Below the pieces are notes generated by a model. That model was given only the letters and a program-made list of their open reading frames with translations. It was not told the origin of the DNA and searched no databases. A DNA stretch of 63,839 nt, filler included, from Octopus bimaculoides (taxonomy: Eukaryota): assembly GCF_001194135.2 (NCBI RefSeq). It is 3 parts of 3 records of this genome, joined end to end, with 100 filler letters (N's around TTAATTAATTAA, not from the genome) between each part and the next. Parts side by side here need not be neighbours in the genome. Positions count along the whole stretch, not along the records: positions 38,733 to 63,839 come from NC_068982.1; 2 more parts are not named here. The stretch is one strand, 5' to 3'. Of this stretch, positions 52,826-63,839 are shown in pieces. Every line of letters starts with the position of its first letter. Position 1 is the first letter of the stretch. The position numbers and the translations under genes are program-made.

Positions 52826-53433
52826 GGAGGTGCAATGGCCCAGTGGTTAGGGCAGCGGACTTGCAGTCATAGGATCGTGGTTTCAATTCCCAGACCGGGC
52901 GTTGTGTGTGTTTATTGAGTGAAAACACCTAAAGCTCCACAAGGCTCCAGCAGGGGATGGTGGCGAACCCTGCTCTACTCTTTCACCACAACTTTCTCTT
53001 ACTTCCTGTTTCTGTTGTGCCTGTAATTCAAAGGGTCAGCCTTGCCACACTGTGTCACGCTGAATATCCCTGAGAGCTATGTTAAGGGTACACGTGTCTG
53101 TGGAATGCTCAGCCACTTGCACGNNNNNNNNNNTGTGTGTGTTTATTGAGTGAAAACACCTAAAGCTCCACGAGGCTCCAGCAGGGGATGGTGGCGAACC
53201 CTGCTCTACTCTTTCACCACAACTTTCTCTTACTTCCTGTTTCTGTTGTGCCTGTAATTCAAAGGGTCAGCCTTGCCACACTGTGTCACGCTGAATATCC
53301 CTGAGAGCTATGTTAAGGGTACACGTGTCTGTGGAATGCTCAGCCACTTGCACGTTAATTTCACGAGCAGGCTGTTCCATTGATCGGATCAGCTGGAACC
53401 CTCGACGTCATAAGCGACGGAGTGCCAACAACA
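52826..53433 (+). mobile_element. tRNA-headed SINE family C in SDHD intron 3
   Basis: Head GGAGGTGCAATGGCCCAGTGGTTAGGGCAGCGGAC...GGTTTCAATTCC. 11-bp TSD ATCTTTCATGA at 52813-52823 and 53434-53444. Confidence 0.85.
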
Positions 53434-53585
53434 ATCTTTCATGAAATGAGTGACAGGGTGATGATGGGTGGGAGTTAAAATGTGGGTGAGTGGGGGAAAT
53501 TTAATATAATGACAATAAGATATGTGTATAACAATGAAATTTATGAACAAACCTAATGTCATTTAATTTTGTTTCTTCTTTCCAG

Positions 53586-53748
53586 GGGTATTGATCAAAT
53601 TTTGCAAGATTACGTAGCAAAGTATATTCCTTGGATCCAGAAGGTTTGGCTGTGTCTCACCATTCTTGCAATGGCTGGATTACTGCATTTCAACTACAAT
53701 GATATTGGCGCCTCTCGTGCTTTGCTCTTACTATGGAGTATTCATTAG
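53586..53748 (+). CDS. SDHD: SDHD terminal coding exon 4
   Basis: tttccAG acceptor completes the TG|G Trp codon. Translates GIDQILQDYVAKYIPWIQKVWLCLTILAMAGLLHFNYNDIGASRALLLLWSIH*, with the conserved DYV (quinone-site Tyr) and FNYNDIG motifs. TAG at 53746-53748. Confidence 0.96.
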
Positions 53749-54000
53749 ACCTGAAATTGTACTCCTCCTACTCTGCCGCCCACACTACCCTCTCAGTACT
53801 ACTCATTCAGCACACACACACACATAAATTTATGTAAACACATGCACACATACACACACACACACAAACATGGTGGAAATCCTGTTACTTACACATTATA
53901 ACTAATATATAGGAAATAGAAATCAGCTTCCACTTTGAAACCTCACTGCAGAATTTTTCACTTATTTTAGTTTGTGTATGTATCTGTGTGTTTATTATTG

Positions 54001-54037
<37 letters not shown>

Positions 54038-54739
54038 TGGAGGTGGCGAGCTGGCAGAACTGTTAGCACGCCGGGCAAATTGCTTAGCAGCATTTTGTCC
54101 GTCTTAATGTTCTGAGTTCAAATTCCGCCGAGGTTGACTTTGCCTTTCATCCTTTTGGGGTCGATGAAATAAGTACCAGTTGAGTACTGGGTCGATGTAA
54201 TCGACTATCCCCGTCCCCCAAATTTCAGGCTTTGTGCCTATAGTAGAAAGGATTATTATTATTATAATAAAAACTAAGATAGTGGAATAGCAGAAACAGT
54301 AGTAGCACACTGGATTGAATGCTTTACAATAGTTAATTCCACCTCCTCAATTGTCTGAGTTCTAATTTCATTGAGGTATGCTTTGTCCTCCATCCTTTCA
54401 GGCTTGATTAAATAAATGTCAGCCTTGTACTGGGGTCAGTTCACTTAACTGTACCACTATACTATCTATTCGTTGCTTTGCATCAACCTAAGAGATTATT
54501 ATTTTTGGCAGAGAGCACTTGTGATTCCTCTCTTTCTTACACAAACACATAGCCTTAAGTTCTTACTCTTTTGGTTATAAGTTCTCTAGAACTTGCCCAC
54601 TCATTATAATTTACATTCTACACACATATAACAAGCAAATTGTAGATACTTTAACACTAATTGATTAAAACCTATCAATTTATGTATGTATATTATGGAG
54701 CTGCCTTACAGTTGTATTTAAAGTGTTTATATGAGTCCT

Positions 54740-55500
54740 GTTGGAGACCCTTTAAAGTTAGATTCCTTTAAAGGTCAAAGGTTATACTAAGGTTTGTTGC
54801 TGGAAATGAACTGTGAGAGAAATCTTGCCACAGTATTTTTATTGGTGCATTTTTGTACTCTAATGCAAGGCTCTTCTAAAGTTGGTTGGTCTAGATATTA
54901 TTTTGTGAGAGACTCTGACAGTGTTTTGGTCTGAATGTTGTTCTTTGAAAGTTCAGATAAAGGTTTGTGAGATGCAAATGCACTCTGTTGAAGATTTGCT
55001 AAAAGGTTTGTTAGTGCTAATGGACCACGTTGCAGGCTGCTCATTCAAGAATTTGTTGGGGGTAGTGTACTTTGCTGCAGGTTTCTGCTAAGGTTTATGG
55101 GTACCAACGTTTTCCATAGAGTTAATGTGGCCACTGGGTTCTTGTAGAGATTTCTTTTGAGCATTTACCAATATATATATATATATATTTATATATATCC
55201 TAGCTGGTGGTTTGTTTATCATTTCTGTTTTTAATTTTTTGTCCTTAAAGTGGGATGTAGATAGAGGTATCTTTATGAAGGAGATAGTTTATACTATGCA
55301 TGTGGCTTTTATAACATCCCTTTAGTTCATTTTTTGGGGTTTGAGAAGAAGAGGAATTTAGTTAGGCTTTTTCTTAGGATATTTATTGTTGGTGTGAATG
55401 TCTTATGCATTAATAGAAGGGGATCTTTCAGATAAATTAAGAGAACGCAATCTTATTTGGCTTAAGGATACATGTTAACCAGTATTTTGCTGGCTACTTT
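54740..55500 (-). mobile_element. Highly decayed Penelope-like GIY-YIG region
   Basis: Minus strand reads YIGKCSKEISTR next to a (TA)n-interrupted segment. Many stops. Confidence 0.35.
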
Positions 55501-57706
55501 GTTAGTTTTATTTGTCAAAAAGTAAAGTTATATATTTTCCAGAGGACTTATTCCAAGGACTTACATTTACCAAAATTAACAAAACCTAGCAGAGATTGTC
55601 ATCCATGTTGTGCTAATCTGGTAGAATATTCCAGTAAAGCATTATTCTGAACTACAAATTTCTGTTTTCGTACCAATGTACTGCAGAAATCTATTTACTT
55701 TTTTTTTTTTATTAATAAATCAGTCTTAAAGAGATTAAACTGAAGATAGTTCTAAATAATTGCTGTTTTGTTTTGTTTATTTTGATATGATACAGCGGTG
55801 GTTACCTGGACTAACTGGTACACCAGTTACAGACATAACTCAGATGGACCAGTCTGATGGAGACAGGAAGTATGTTCAATGTGCATTTCATTAGCATTCA
55901 ATGGTACTTGTATGGTAAATGTTGGGTGGAAGTTTCCCTGCATTGTTCTTATTGAAACAATGAAAGTTAATACCTGAAAGGAAACATTACCACATTTAGT
56001 TTATGCTCTATTATGTAAAGCAGCCTCATAGTCAGCTATCAGTCTTGCATACATCTCCTTTCTGTTACTTCAGTTTTCTTCTTGTCTATACAACCATTTT
56101 CCATATTTGTTCTCTTGCTGTTTAATGGTATTCAGATGAGAATCTGGATGCATAAGCATGTGATACATGATTCAGAAAATAACTTCATGGTTCCAGGTTC
56201 AGTCTGACTGCATGGCACCTTGGGTAAGTGTCTTCTACTATAATCTCAGGCCGACCAAAGTCTTGTGAGAGGATTTGGTTGACAGAAACTAAAAGAAGCC
56301 CAAAGTAAACTTTCTATGAAACAATGATGTATATTTGAAGATACACCACCACCTCCACAAAAAACCCCTCAAAACCTCAGAAAATATTTGGCAGAAGACA
56401 ACTTTTTTATTTTTCTCTTATATTAAAAACATTACAAAATAAAACTTGAAAAATAATTAATAATCCTCCATGTAGTGTTCCTGGATAATTTGGAATGAAA
56501 TATAAGGTTTATTTATTTTGATAAGACCACAATTTTACCTTTACTATGAAAAGTAAACTATTGCACATTTTAATAGTATGGACAGAAAAAGTGGGATCAA
56601 TTTGACTAGTTTCAAGTCTTTTTTTTATCAGGGATTTTCAATCTCTTTGTCACTTGGCACTCTTTAGTTATATATGACAAGTTCCTGTGTATCCTTAAAA
56701 ATTATATTGATTTTTAATAAACTCTAATCAATTGTGAAGAATTAAACAAAGTGGTCACATCACAGGTTTCTATCTCTATGCACTGAACAAGTGGGATTTC
56801 ATTTGTGTCTACTATTAGACCTTCAGAAAAAGAGTACCTGTCTTCTCTCAAAGAAGAGGTCAGTAACTAATTGTGTATACAGCTTGGACACAAACTGGTC
56901 TACATCAGTTTAAAAAAATCAATACTTGTTAATTAAAAATAGAAGAGTCCATGCAGTGGCCGTGTAACCACTATATAGCAGTTAATTTAACATGCCAGAT
57001 TTCTTATGCCTGAAAGGCATATTGCTGTTATTGGTGGGTAAAGTAAGTTTATATCTTATATTTTAAATGAAATTTTAAAAATAACCCAGCTGACTCCAGG
57101 ATCCTGGGTAACAGCACTGGAGTAAGTTTTCCTGTTGCTTATCTCAAGTCAAAAGGAAGACTTGGAAGTCAGTACTACACACCAATGAAACCTTTCTTCG
57201 CTATAGAGCTTCCTCTGTTTAGAGTAGTAAGCTGTATCTATTAATGGCACAGTACAGATTGATATCAAGATAGACTGAACTAGCAAGTATCTTCATTATA
57301 GATGGTGTGTAGTGCTGACAGTGGAATATGAATTATTGATCTTTCAGATGAATCTGATGTAATTTTTAGCTAACAAACATTTTGTTGATAGAAAAATGGT
57401 ATACTTGGTGGATTTTATTCTAGTAAGCAATTACTAATTGTCTTAATTTTATAGAAGTGTGGTGTTTAACATTTGTATTAAAAATATCATTGGGATTGCT
57501 TCATCGAGATTCAATTAGATTTTAGAAATTATGTAAATGAAGGTCTAAAAAGAAGAAATTATGGGCAGTGTGACTTTTATGTAAGTAGATATGGTAATTA
57601 AAATTTTTCTCATTTGGAAAAAGAAAAAAAAAAACCAGAAGCAGTTGTCAGAGATTTTCAAATAAAAGGGAAAGTAATATCAATAAATTAAGAAGGAATC
57701 TATTAA

Positions 57707-57967
57707 CCCTTTAGCATTTAAACTGGCCATATCCAGCTCGAAGAGTCAACCTGTTTTATGTTCAAACTGGACAGTGGCCTCTCACACCTACACTAAGATG
57801 GTCATTTTAAAAATAAACAATCACATCACTAAAATCTTGACGTCATGAGATAATGCAGGATAGATTCAGGATGATGTGAATAAATAAATAAATATTACTT
57901 TTAACCCATGCTAGCATGGAAAGCGGATGTTAAACGATGATGACATAATAATCTGAATACTAAAGGG
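57707..57967. mobile_element. piggyBac-like MITE
   Basis: TTAA|CCCTTTAGCATT ... AATACTAAAGGG|TTAA, with a short RTE-tail fragment inside (57901-57944). Confidence 0.75.
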
Positions 57968-60900
57968 TTAAACTTAATTTGTGTGCAGGAGGGGAAAGTT
58001 ATTTGCAGGTAAGAGACAACTATGGACAAGTTTATGGTCTTACTGGACCATATCTATTTTGTTATTGCCCACAAGGGGCTAAACATAGAGGGAACAAACA
58101 AGAACAGATGAACGGATTGTTGATTACATCGACCCCAGTGCGTAACTGGTACTTAATTTATCGACCCCGAAAGGGTGAAAGGCACAGTCGACCTCGGCGG
58201 AATTTGAACTCGGAACGTAACGGCAGACGAAATACCGCTAAGCATTTCGCCCGGCATGCTAACGATTCTGCCAGCTCGCCGCCTATCACCTTGGTATAAA
58301 GTACTTAAGATTGCTTCATCAGCTGACAAATACTTATCTATAGAAAGAGTTACAACTTTTTGGTTAGTATCATTTATGTACTTTTTATTTGTATATTTCC
58401 CACCATTCTGACTTCGAATTGTGTTCCTTCTACGTTTTTGGTGAGAGATATGAATTTTATTTTATTGGTCTTCAAAGGATTGAGATACCTGGCGCCTTAG
58501 TGTACTCAACACCAGAATTGATATTGTGCTGGTGCCACTCTGGAGTGATTGGTTGTTACGACAGGCATCCAGCCATAGAAACCATGATAGCTCCGGTCAA
58601 ACCATCCAACCCATGCCAATATGGAAAATGAGTGTTGAATGATGATATTGTTATACGAGATTTTACTGGAGTTTGTCAACATACATGTTAATAATGAAGT
58701 ACAGTGTTAATACTTCATTCATCTTTTAGTTTATTACTGATCATCAGTCTTTTGTGAATCTTGGACTGTGACTTGTCCAATGATCTTAACTGCTGTAGTA
58801 ATTAACTAAAATTACCAAACGGTGGGTAGTTTATTGATTTGTAAGCTAATAAAACAATGATGTCAGTTCAGGAATTAGAAAAGGTGTTGTGGTCGGTATA
58901 ACTGGTCACAACTGGCACCCGTGCCAATGTCTCGTAAAAAAACATCCACTACTCTCTTGGAGTGGTTAGCGTTAGGAAGGGCATCCAGCCGTAGAAACCA
59001 TGCCAAATCAGATTGGAACCTGGTGCAGCTCCCCAGTCTTCAGTGAAACCGTCCAATCCATGCCAGTATGGAAAACGGATGTTAAATGATGGAAGTATTG
59101 CAGTTTTTACTCTTTCCACCAGAGCTGAAACTCTGTGTAATATCATCTGAGACATTGTGCCTTTATAAGGGATCAAATCTCTAAGTGGCACGTAGTTCAA
59201 TAGGTGAATAAGATTTTGTCGTGTTATTTGGCAGGTACTTAAATTTGTAAAATTAGTTAAGCTTAGGGAGCGATGATTTTGTTTTTTTTTTTCTTCATTT
59301 TTTTAACGTTACTTTTTTAGGGCATTTATTCAGAGTTACTTCCCTGTTACCGACCTCTAATTTCACTAGATTTCTCCGATCGTGCGAGCGTGTGCACACA
59401 TACACCATACCATATATGCGAAATTGTGTGGACTTTTGGTTGGTAACTGCGGAAGAATGAGCATGTGCACATTTTGTGTGTGTATTTTTTCCCCTTGTGT
59501 TCTTTCGTCATCCTGCGCAATGTTTTACTCCACACACATTATATATATATATATATATATATATAGACGGTTTAGATATAGATTCAAGGCTTGAATATGG
59601 TACTTATGCGAAGGCACCCGAATTTCACATCCCAAAAGGATGGGTGATTAAAATCAAATAATAAGCAACACGGATTTCAAAAGTGATTGCAGTACGCACG
59701 TTTCATGCTACTTCAATTTATTTAAGTAATGTGAGCATTACCTTAAATGCAATATGAAGAGCAATCTTCAGCTGCACGAAAAAATGTAGAAAAAAGACAT
59801 ATTACAAATGTGGCAACATATTAAAACCAAGTGGGAGAGAGCAGAGGAAGAATATATAAGTCCATCTTGACATAGCAGGGTCTATCAGGGTCTATATATA
59901 TATATAAATCATGCTGCCTGAGTTAAAATATTTAAGAACATTTTGGAAAGTTTTATTTTTTTAATATATTACCGGAGATTGCATGAGCATTCAGGAGAAT
60001 TGACTCTGAATACCACGCTCACAAATTTTGAGGTCAGATGTATAATCTAAGAAATATAGCGAGGTTATCGAGATGAACATAATTTGATCTGAAGGTACAG
60101 AATGTTTGAAGTTGCAAATTTTGGCACACAAGATCAGCAATGTCGTGGGGAGCGGGTAGTCGACCTCGGCGGAATTTGAACTTGGTGACATTTTGTCCGT
60201 CTTGGCGTTCTAAGTATTTTGTCCGGCTTGCTAATGATTCTTCCTGCTCGGCGCCTTCTCTGTGCAAAACTTCGATAACAAATTTTGGCACAAGGCCAGA
60301 TATTTCGGAGGAGAGGCGAAGTCGAATACATCGACCCCAGTATTCAGCTGATCAACCTCGGTGGAATTTGAACTCAGAACGTAGAGATGGGCGAAATGCC
60401 GCTGAGCATTTTGCCCGGTGTGCTAACGATTCTTGCCAGCTCGTCACTTAATTGAAAACATCTTTTATGTACTCAAGTTATGACTTCTGAGTTACTTCCC
60501 TTGGTCTTAAACCCTGAAGTTGCGAAAGCGTTCAGGAGACCATTGACATCCCACTAGAAACTAAATAGATTTATTTATGCTGCTGGTATTGGCATGCACA
60601 ACACTAGCATTGAACACTTAAGTTTCTGAGGTTAATTCCTTCGGTATAAACATTAGATAACACTGAACAGAAGATAACTTAGGAATAACATTAGCTATAA
60701 ATGCTAAAGGTTTGATATTCACCAGCCAACATCCGTGTACTGCTGTTCGTTGAACAGAAAAGTGTATAAGTAGGTTTAACGCGAGGTGTTCGGAATACAT
60801 TTACTTCTTAAGCAGTTTTTACACTCCTTGTTTTACAATCAACTCATTTGATCTTAATTCTCCGCTTGGGAAACACAGTTGATGAGGGAGCTTCTACACG

Positions 60901-60990
60901 ATTGTTCGACCAGCTAGAAGAAGCAGTTTAATTCTTTTCATATCACACAAATCAGAAAACAAATAATCATATGTTGATATAATTCTTTAT

Positions 60991-61076
60991 GGAACGCTGG
61001 ATCTCGAAGCGAATGAAGCTGTAAATAGATAATAGCGTGCAAATATAGCAATATTTGCTTCGAGATCCAACGTTCC
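60991..61076. other. Isolated stem-loop (24-bp arms)
   Basis: GGAACGCTGGATCTCGAAGCGAAT at 60991-61014 pairs with ATTTGCTTCGAGATCCAACGTTCC at 61053-61076. Confidence 0.75.
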
Positions 61077-62169
61077 AAATAATTATTAGTCTTTCGAAGT
61101 TTATAAAAATTCTTATGACGTCAACGCGCGCGCGCACTTTCTATTCTAGGCACAAGGCCCGAAATCTTTGGGGAGGGGGCCAGTCGATTAGATCAACCTC
61201 ACTACGCAATTGGTACTTAATTTATCGACTCCAAAATAATGAAAGGCAAAGTCGATCTCAGCGGAATTTGAACTCAGAACGTAACGGCAGACGAAATACC
61301 GCTAAGCATTTTGCCCGGCGTGCTAACGTTTCTGCCAGCTCGCCGCCTTACGCACACACATATTGAGTGGAGGCTTTTTCTCCACTTTAGTTCTATAGCT
61401 GAGAGTGCTAGTAAAGCGGTTAATTTGCACTCAAACCAATTTCTTAAGTCCTCAGAAATTTGTGAGGTAGGAACGGTGATCAGTTTTTAAAGAATTATAT
61501 ATTAAAATTATGTATCAATAGGCGCAGGCGTACTGTGTGGTAAGAAGTTTGCTTCCCAACCACATGGTTCCAGGTTCAGTCCCTCTACGTAGCGCCTTTG
61601 GTAAGTGTCTTCTTCTAAATCTTCGGGCCGATCAAAGAAAGCCTTGTGAGTGGATTTCGTAGACAGAAACTGAAAGAAGGCGGTGAGCTGGCGGAATCGT
61701 TAGCACGCCGGGCGAAATGTTTAGCGGTATTTCGTCTGCTGCTACGTTCTGAGTTCAAATTCCGCCGAGGTCGACTTTGCCTTTCATCCTTTCGGGGGTC
61801 GATAAATTAAGTACCAGTTACGCACTGGGGTTGATGTAATCGACTTAATTCCTTTGTCCTTGTTTGTCCCCTCTACGTTCAGCCCCTTGTGGGCAATAAA
61901 GAAATAAACTGAAAGAAGCCTGTCGTATTTGTGTGTGTTTGTTTCTGTATTTGGCAATCGGTGTCTGTGTGTTTACGTCCGCGTACATTAGTGCTTCAGC
62001 AAAAGAGACCGATAGAATAAGTACTAGGCTTAGATAATAAGTTCCTAAGTCGATTCATTTAATTAAAAAAATTCTCCAAGGCGGTGCCCAAGCAAGGCCG
62101 CAGTCAAATGAATGAAACGAGTAGAAAATAAAATACTTGCTGCGGTGGGTGGGAAGCAAGGAGATAATT

Positions 62170-62520
62170 TCAGAGGTCTGACACAGTGAAGAAAAGATTG
62201 AATACTGGAGTTAGTACCTTGATGCATGTAATGCAGTATGAGTTTGAAATAAAGGAGAGACGAATATTAGACAAGCTTAGAAGGTAATATGAGAGTAGGT
62301 GGTTCTGAAGAGTAAAGGGTGTTATTAGTAATAGAATAGGCAGAGTGAAGAAATTGCACATCCAGCAGTGATATTGTTTGTGAACGAGGTTTTAGCCAAT
62401 CGGTCAGATGGTTTTTATTATCGATGCGGTCAAAGATGGTGTTAGCTAATCTTTGGAATGCAGATATTGTTTTATGTATTTCCTAGGAATAATAATTAAA
62501 GATTGGGAAGACTAGTACAA
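62170..62520 (-). mobile_element. Decayed LINE 3' remnant
   Basis: Weak similarity to a CR1/Jockey-type ORF2 C-terminus. Many stops. Confidence 0.35.
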
Positions 62521-63025
62521 AGAGAAAGCATAAGATTGTACATTGATTTGGAGTAGGGAAACAAAATTGTTTAGAAAATACTTCAGATATATTATCTACT
62601 TGAAAAACTACAGCTTTTCTCGACCACATCTTTTGTGTCTCTAACAACACCATGTATCGATTGGGTTAAAAACAAGGATTTCAGTGATGGACAATATGTA
62701 TAACGTCGAACTTAAATATAAAACATATCCAGCCCTAATTGCCAACAATTCATAGTTCGGCAGTTTCTTCCAAATGACGATTTATTGTCCTGGATCTCTT
62801 CAGTTTGACTCGCAGATTCTTAATTATTTCTTTTTAACTAAACAGTTTGAAACTTTGTATATTGGTGAAATTTCTCACGCTGAACACGGTTTACTTTCAA
62901 CATTTTTGACAAAATTTCGTATTTTAGAAGTTATTTCGTGCTAAAGTTGTCATCTTTGGGTAATTTTAACCAATCAACGACATGTATTCAACTGAAGATA
63001 CCTACTGCTGTTTGCAATAGTAATT

Positions 63026-63311
63026 GAAGAGCAACAATTTCCAGATCGTCTCTACTAAATGTATTTTTCAATCACGTGTGGGTTATCACTTGTTTACACC
63101 CTCCTTCACGACCTACCGGAGTTATTACAGATCTGACTATGAGTAGTGTTGTTCATTTGTATGTCTTCTATTCGCTTATTAACATTTTGAAATTTGATTT
63201 GGAAACTGGCTACATGAGATTTATTCCTTCCTTTATTATAGGGACTATTCTGAACTATCCAAAATGTGCCATTAAAGAATATGAATAGTTCAACATTAGA
63301 TTAATTAATTT
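63026..63311. repeat. Unclassified ~285-bp dispersed repeat, copy 2
   Basis: See 51498-51782. Confidence 0.85.
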
Positions 63312-63539
63312 TTAGTAGAAAGTGGGTTATACATTTTTAGATGTATACCTGACTTTCCTACTATAAAATTAATGAATATAACGGAACGCTGAACTCCAGA
63401 CTATCAACTTAAACAACATTTATTCAGGTGGTAAATATATGCATCTTTAGTTCTTGTTGTTACAGCTTCTGTGTGTATGAGCATAGTTGTTTGGACGTTG
63501 TTCTATAGATGTGAGCGAGCTGTCGAGCGTAAGTCCGAA

Positions 63540-63760
63540 AAATGTAGAGAGACAGCTTAAACACACGTCCATGCTCAATCGCTGGCCAGCAAGAAAGAGA
63601 ATGAATTGAGCGGGAACGCTTGCTTGTTTAATTCTACGCATGCGTGAGACTACGCGTGCGCACGGCATTACTACAGAGCTCCCTCGCCAGTGCGAGAAAC
63701 GCACGATAAATGAAATCTGTTAGAACGCCTGGGGCAGGATGGCCACTGAAAACCACCCAC
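63540..63760. promoter_or_regulatory. Promoter-like CpG-rich patch
   Basis: Cluster of CpGs, an NRF1-like ACGCATGCGT palindrome and ACTAC(A) motifs in an otherwise AT-rich context. Confidence 0.4.
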
Positions 63761-63839
63761 AAGAATGTGGTACAAACACACACAAAGAAAATTCAAAGAA
63801 ATGAAATGTACACTTGTGAAATACATGCATGCAATGTAT

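Noticed and set aside
52826-52895. tRNA-like heads of SINE families A and C as functional tRNA genes
   Set aside because: A and B boxes are present, but there is no closed cloverleaf and they continue into SINE bodies with TSDs or tails.
52903-53363. Near-identical ~220-bp tandem duplication inside the family-C SINE
   Set aside because: The copies abut a 10-N gap and differ at about one base; typical unmerged contig overlap or haplotype artefact.
63447-63704. 85-aa minus-strand ORF containing FFGLTLDSSLT
   Set aside because: The resemblance to a LINE RT motif is too short to support, and there is no other coding evidence.

Overview
AT-rich, microsatellite- and transposon-dense animal genomic DNA from a gapped draft assembly. 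The repeat families (tRNA-headed SINEs, RTE tails, Penelope-like elements) point to an octopus or other coleoid cephalopod; this is inference, not a database result. The one confidently identifiable gene is SDHD (succinate dehydrogenase cytochrome b small subunit, + strand). It has three clear coding exons (47707-47877, 49995-50154, 53586-53748) whose phases match the human structure as I recall it. Its first coding exon is not cleanly visible; the best candidate, at 35559-35606, is one base out of frame. The rest is mostly decayed mobile DNA: Penelope-like, RTE, R4/Dong-like and CR1/Jockey-like retroelements; Tc1, mariner, DD37D (maT), Tigger/pogo, Chapaev3-like, hAT and piggyBac-like DNA elements and MITEs; and at least three SINE families. 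The most unusual object is a ~312-bp unit carrying a tRNA-Thr(CGT)-like sequence inside an imperfect inverted repeat. It is present as ~1.5 tandem copies at 25.5-25.9 kb and as a tRNA-less, near-perfect 50-bp fold-back derivative inserted into a SINE at 30.5-30.8 kb. Other leads are a degenerate hammerhead-ribozyme core, a U2 snRNA 5' fragment, a pre-miRNA-like hairpin, inverted repeats flanking SDHD exon 3, and several orphan exon-like segments.
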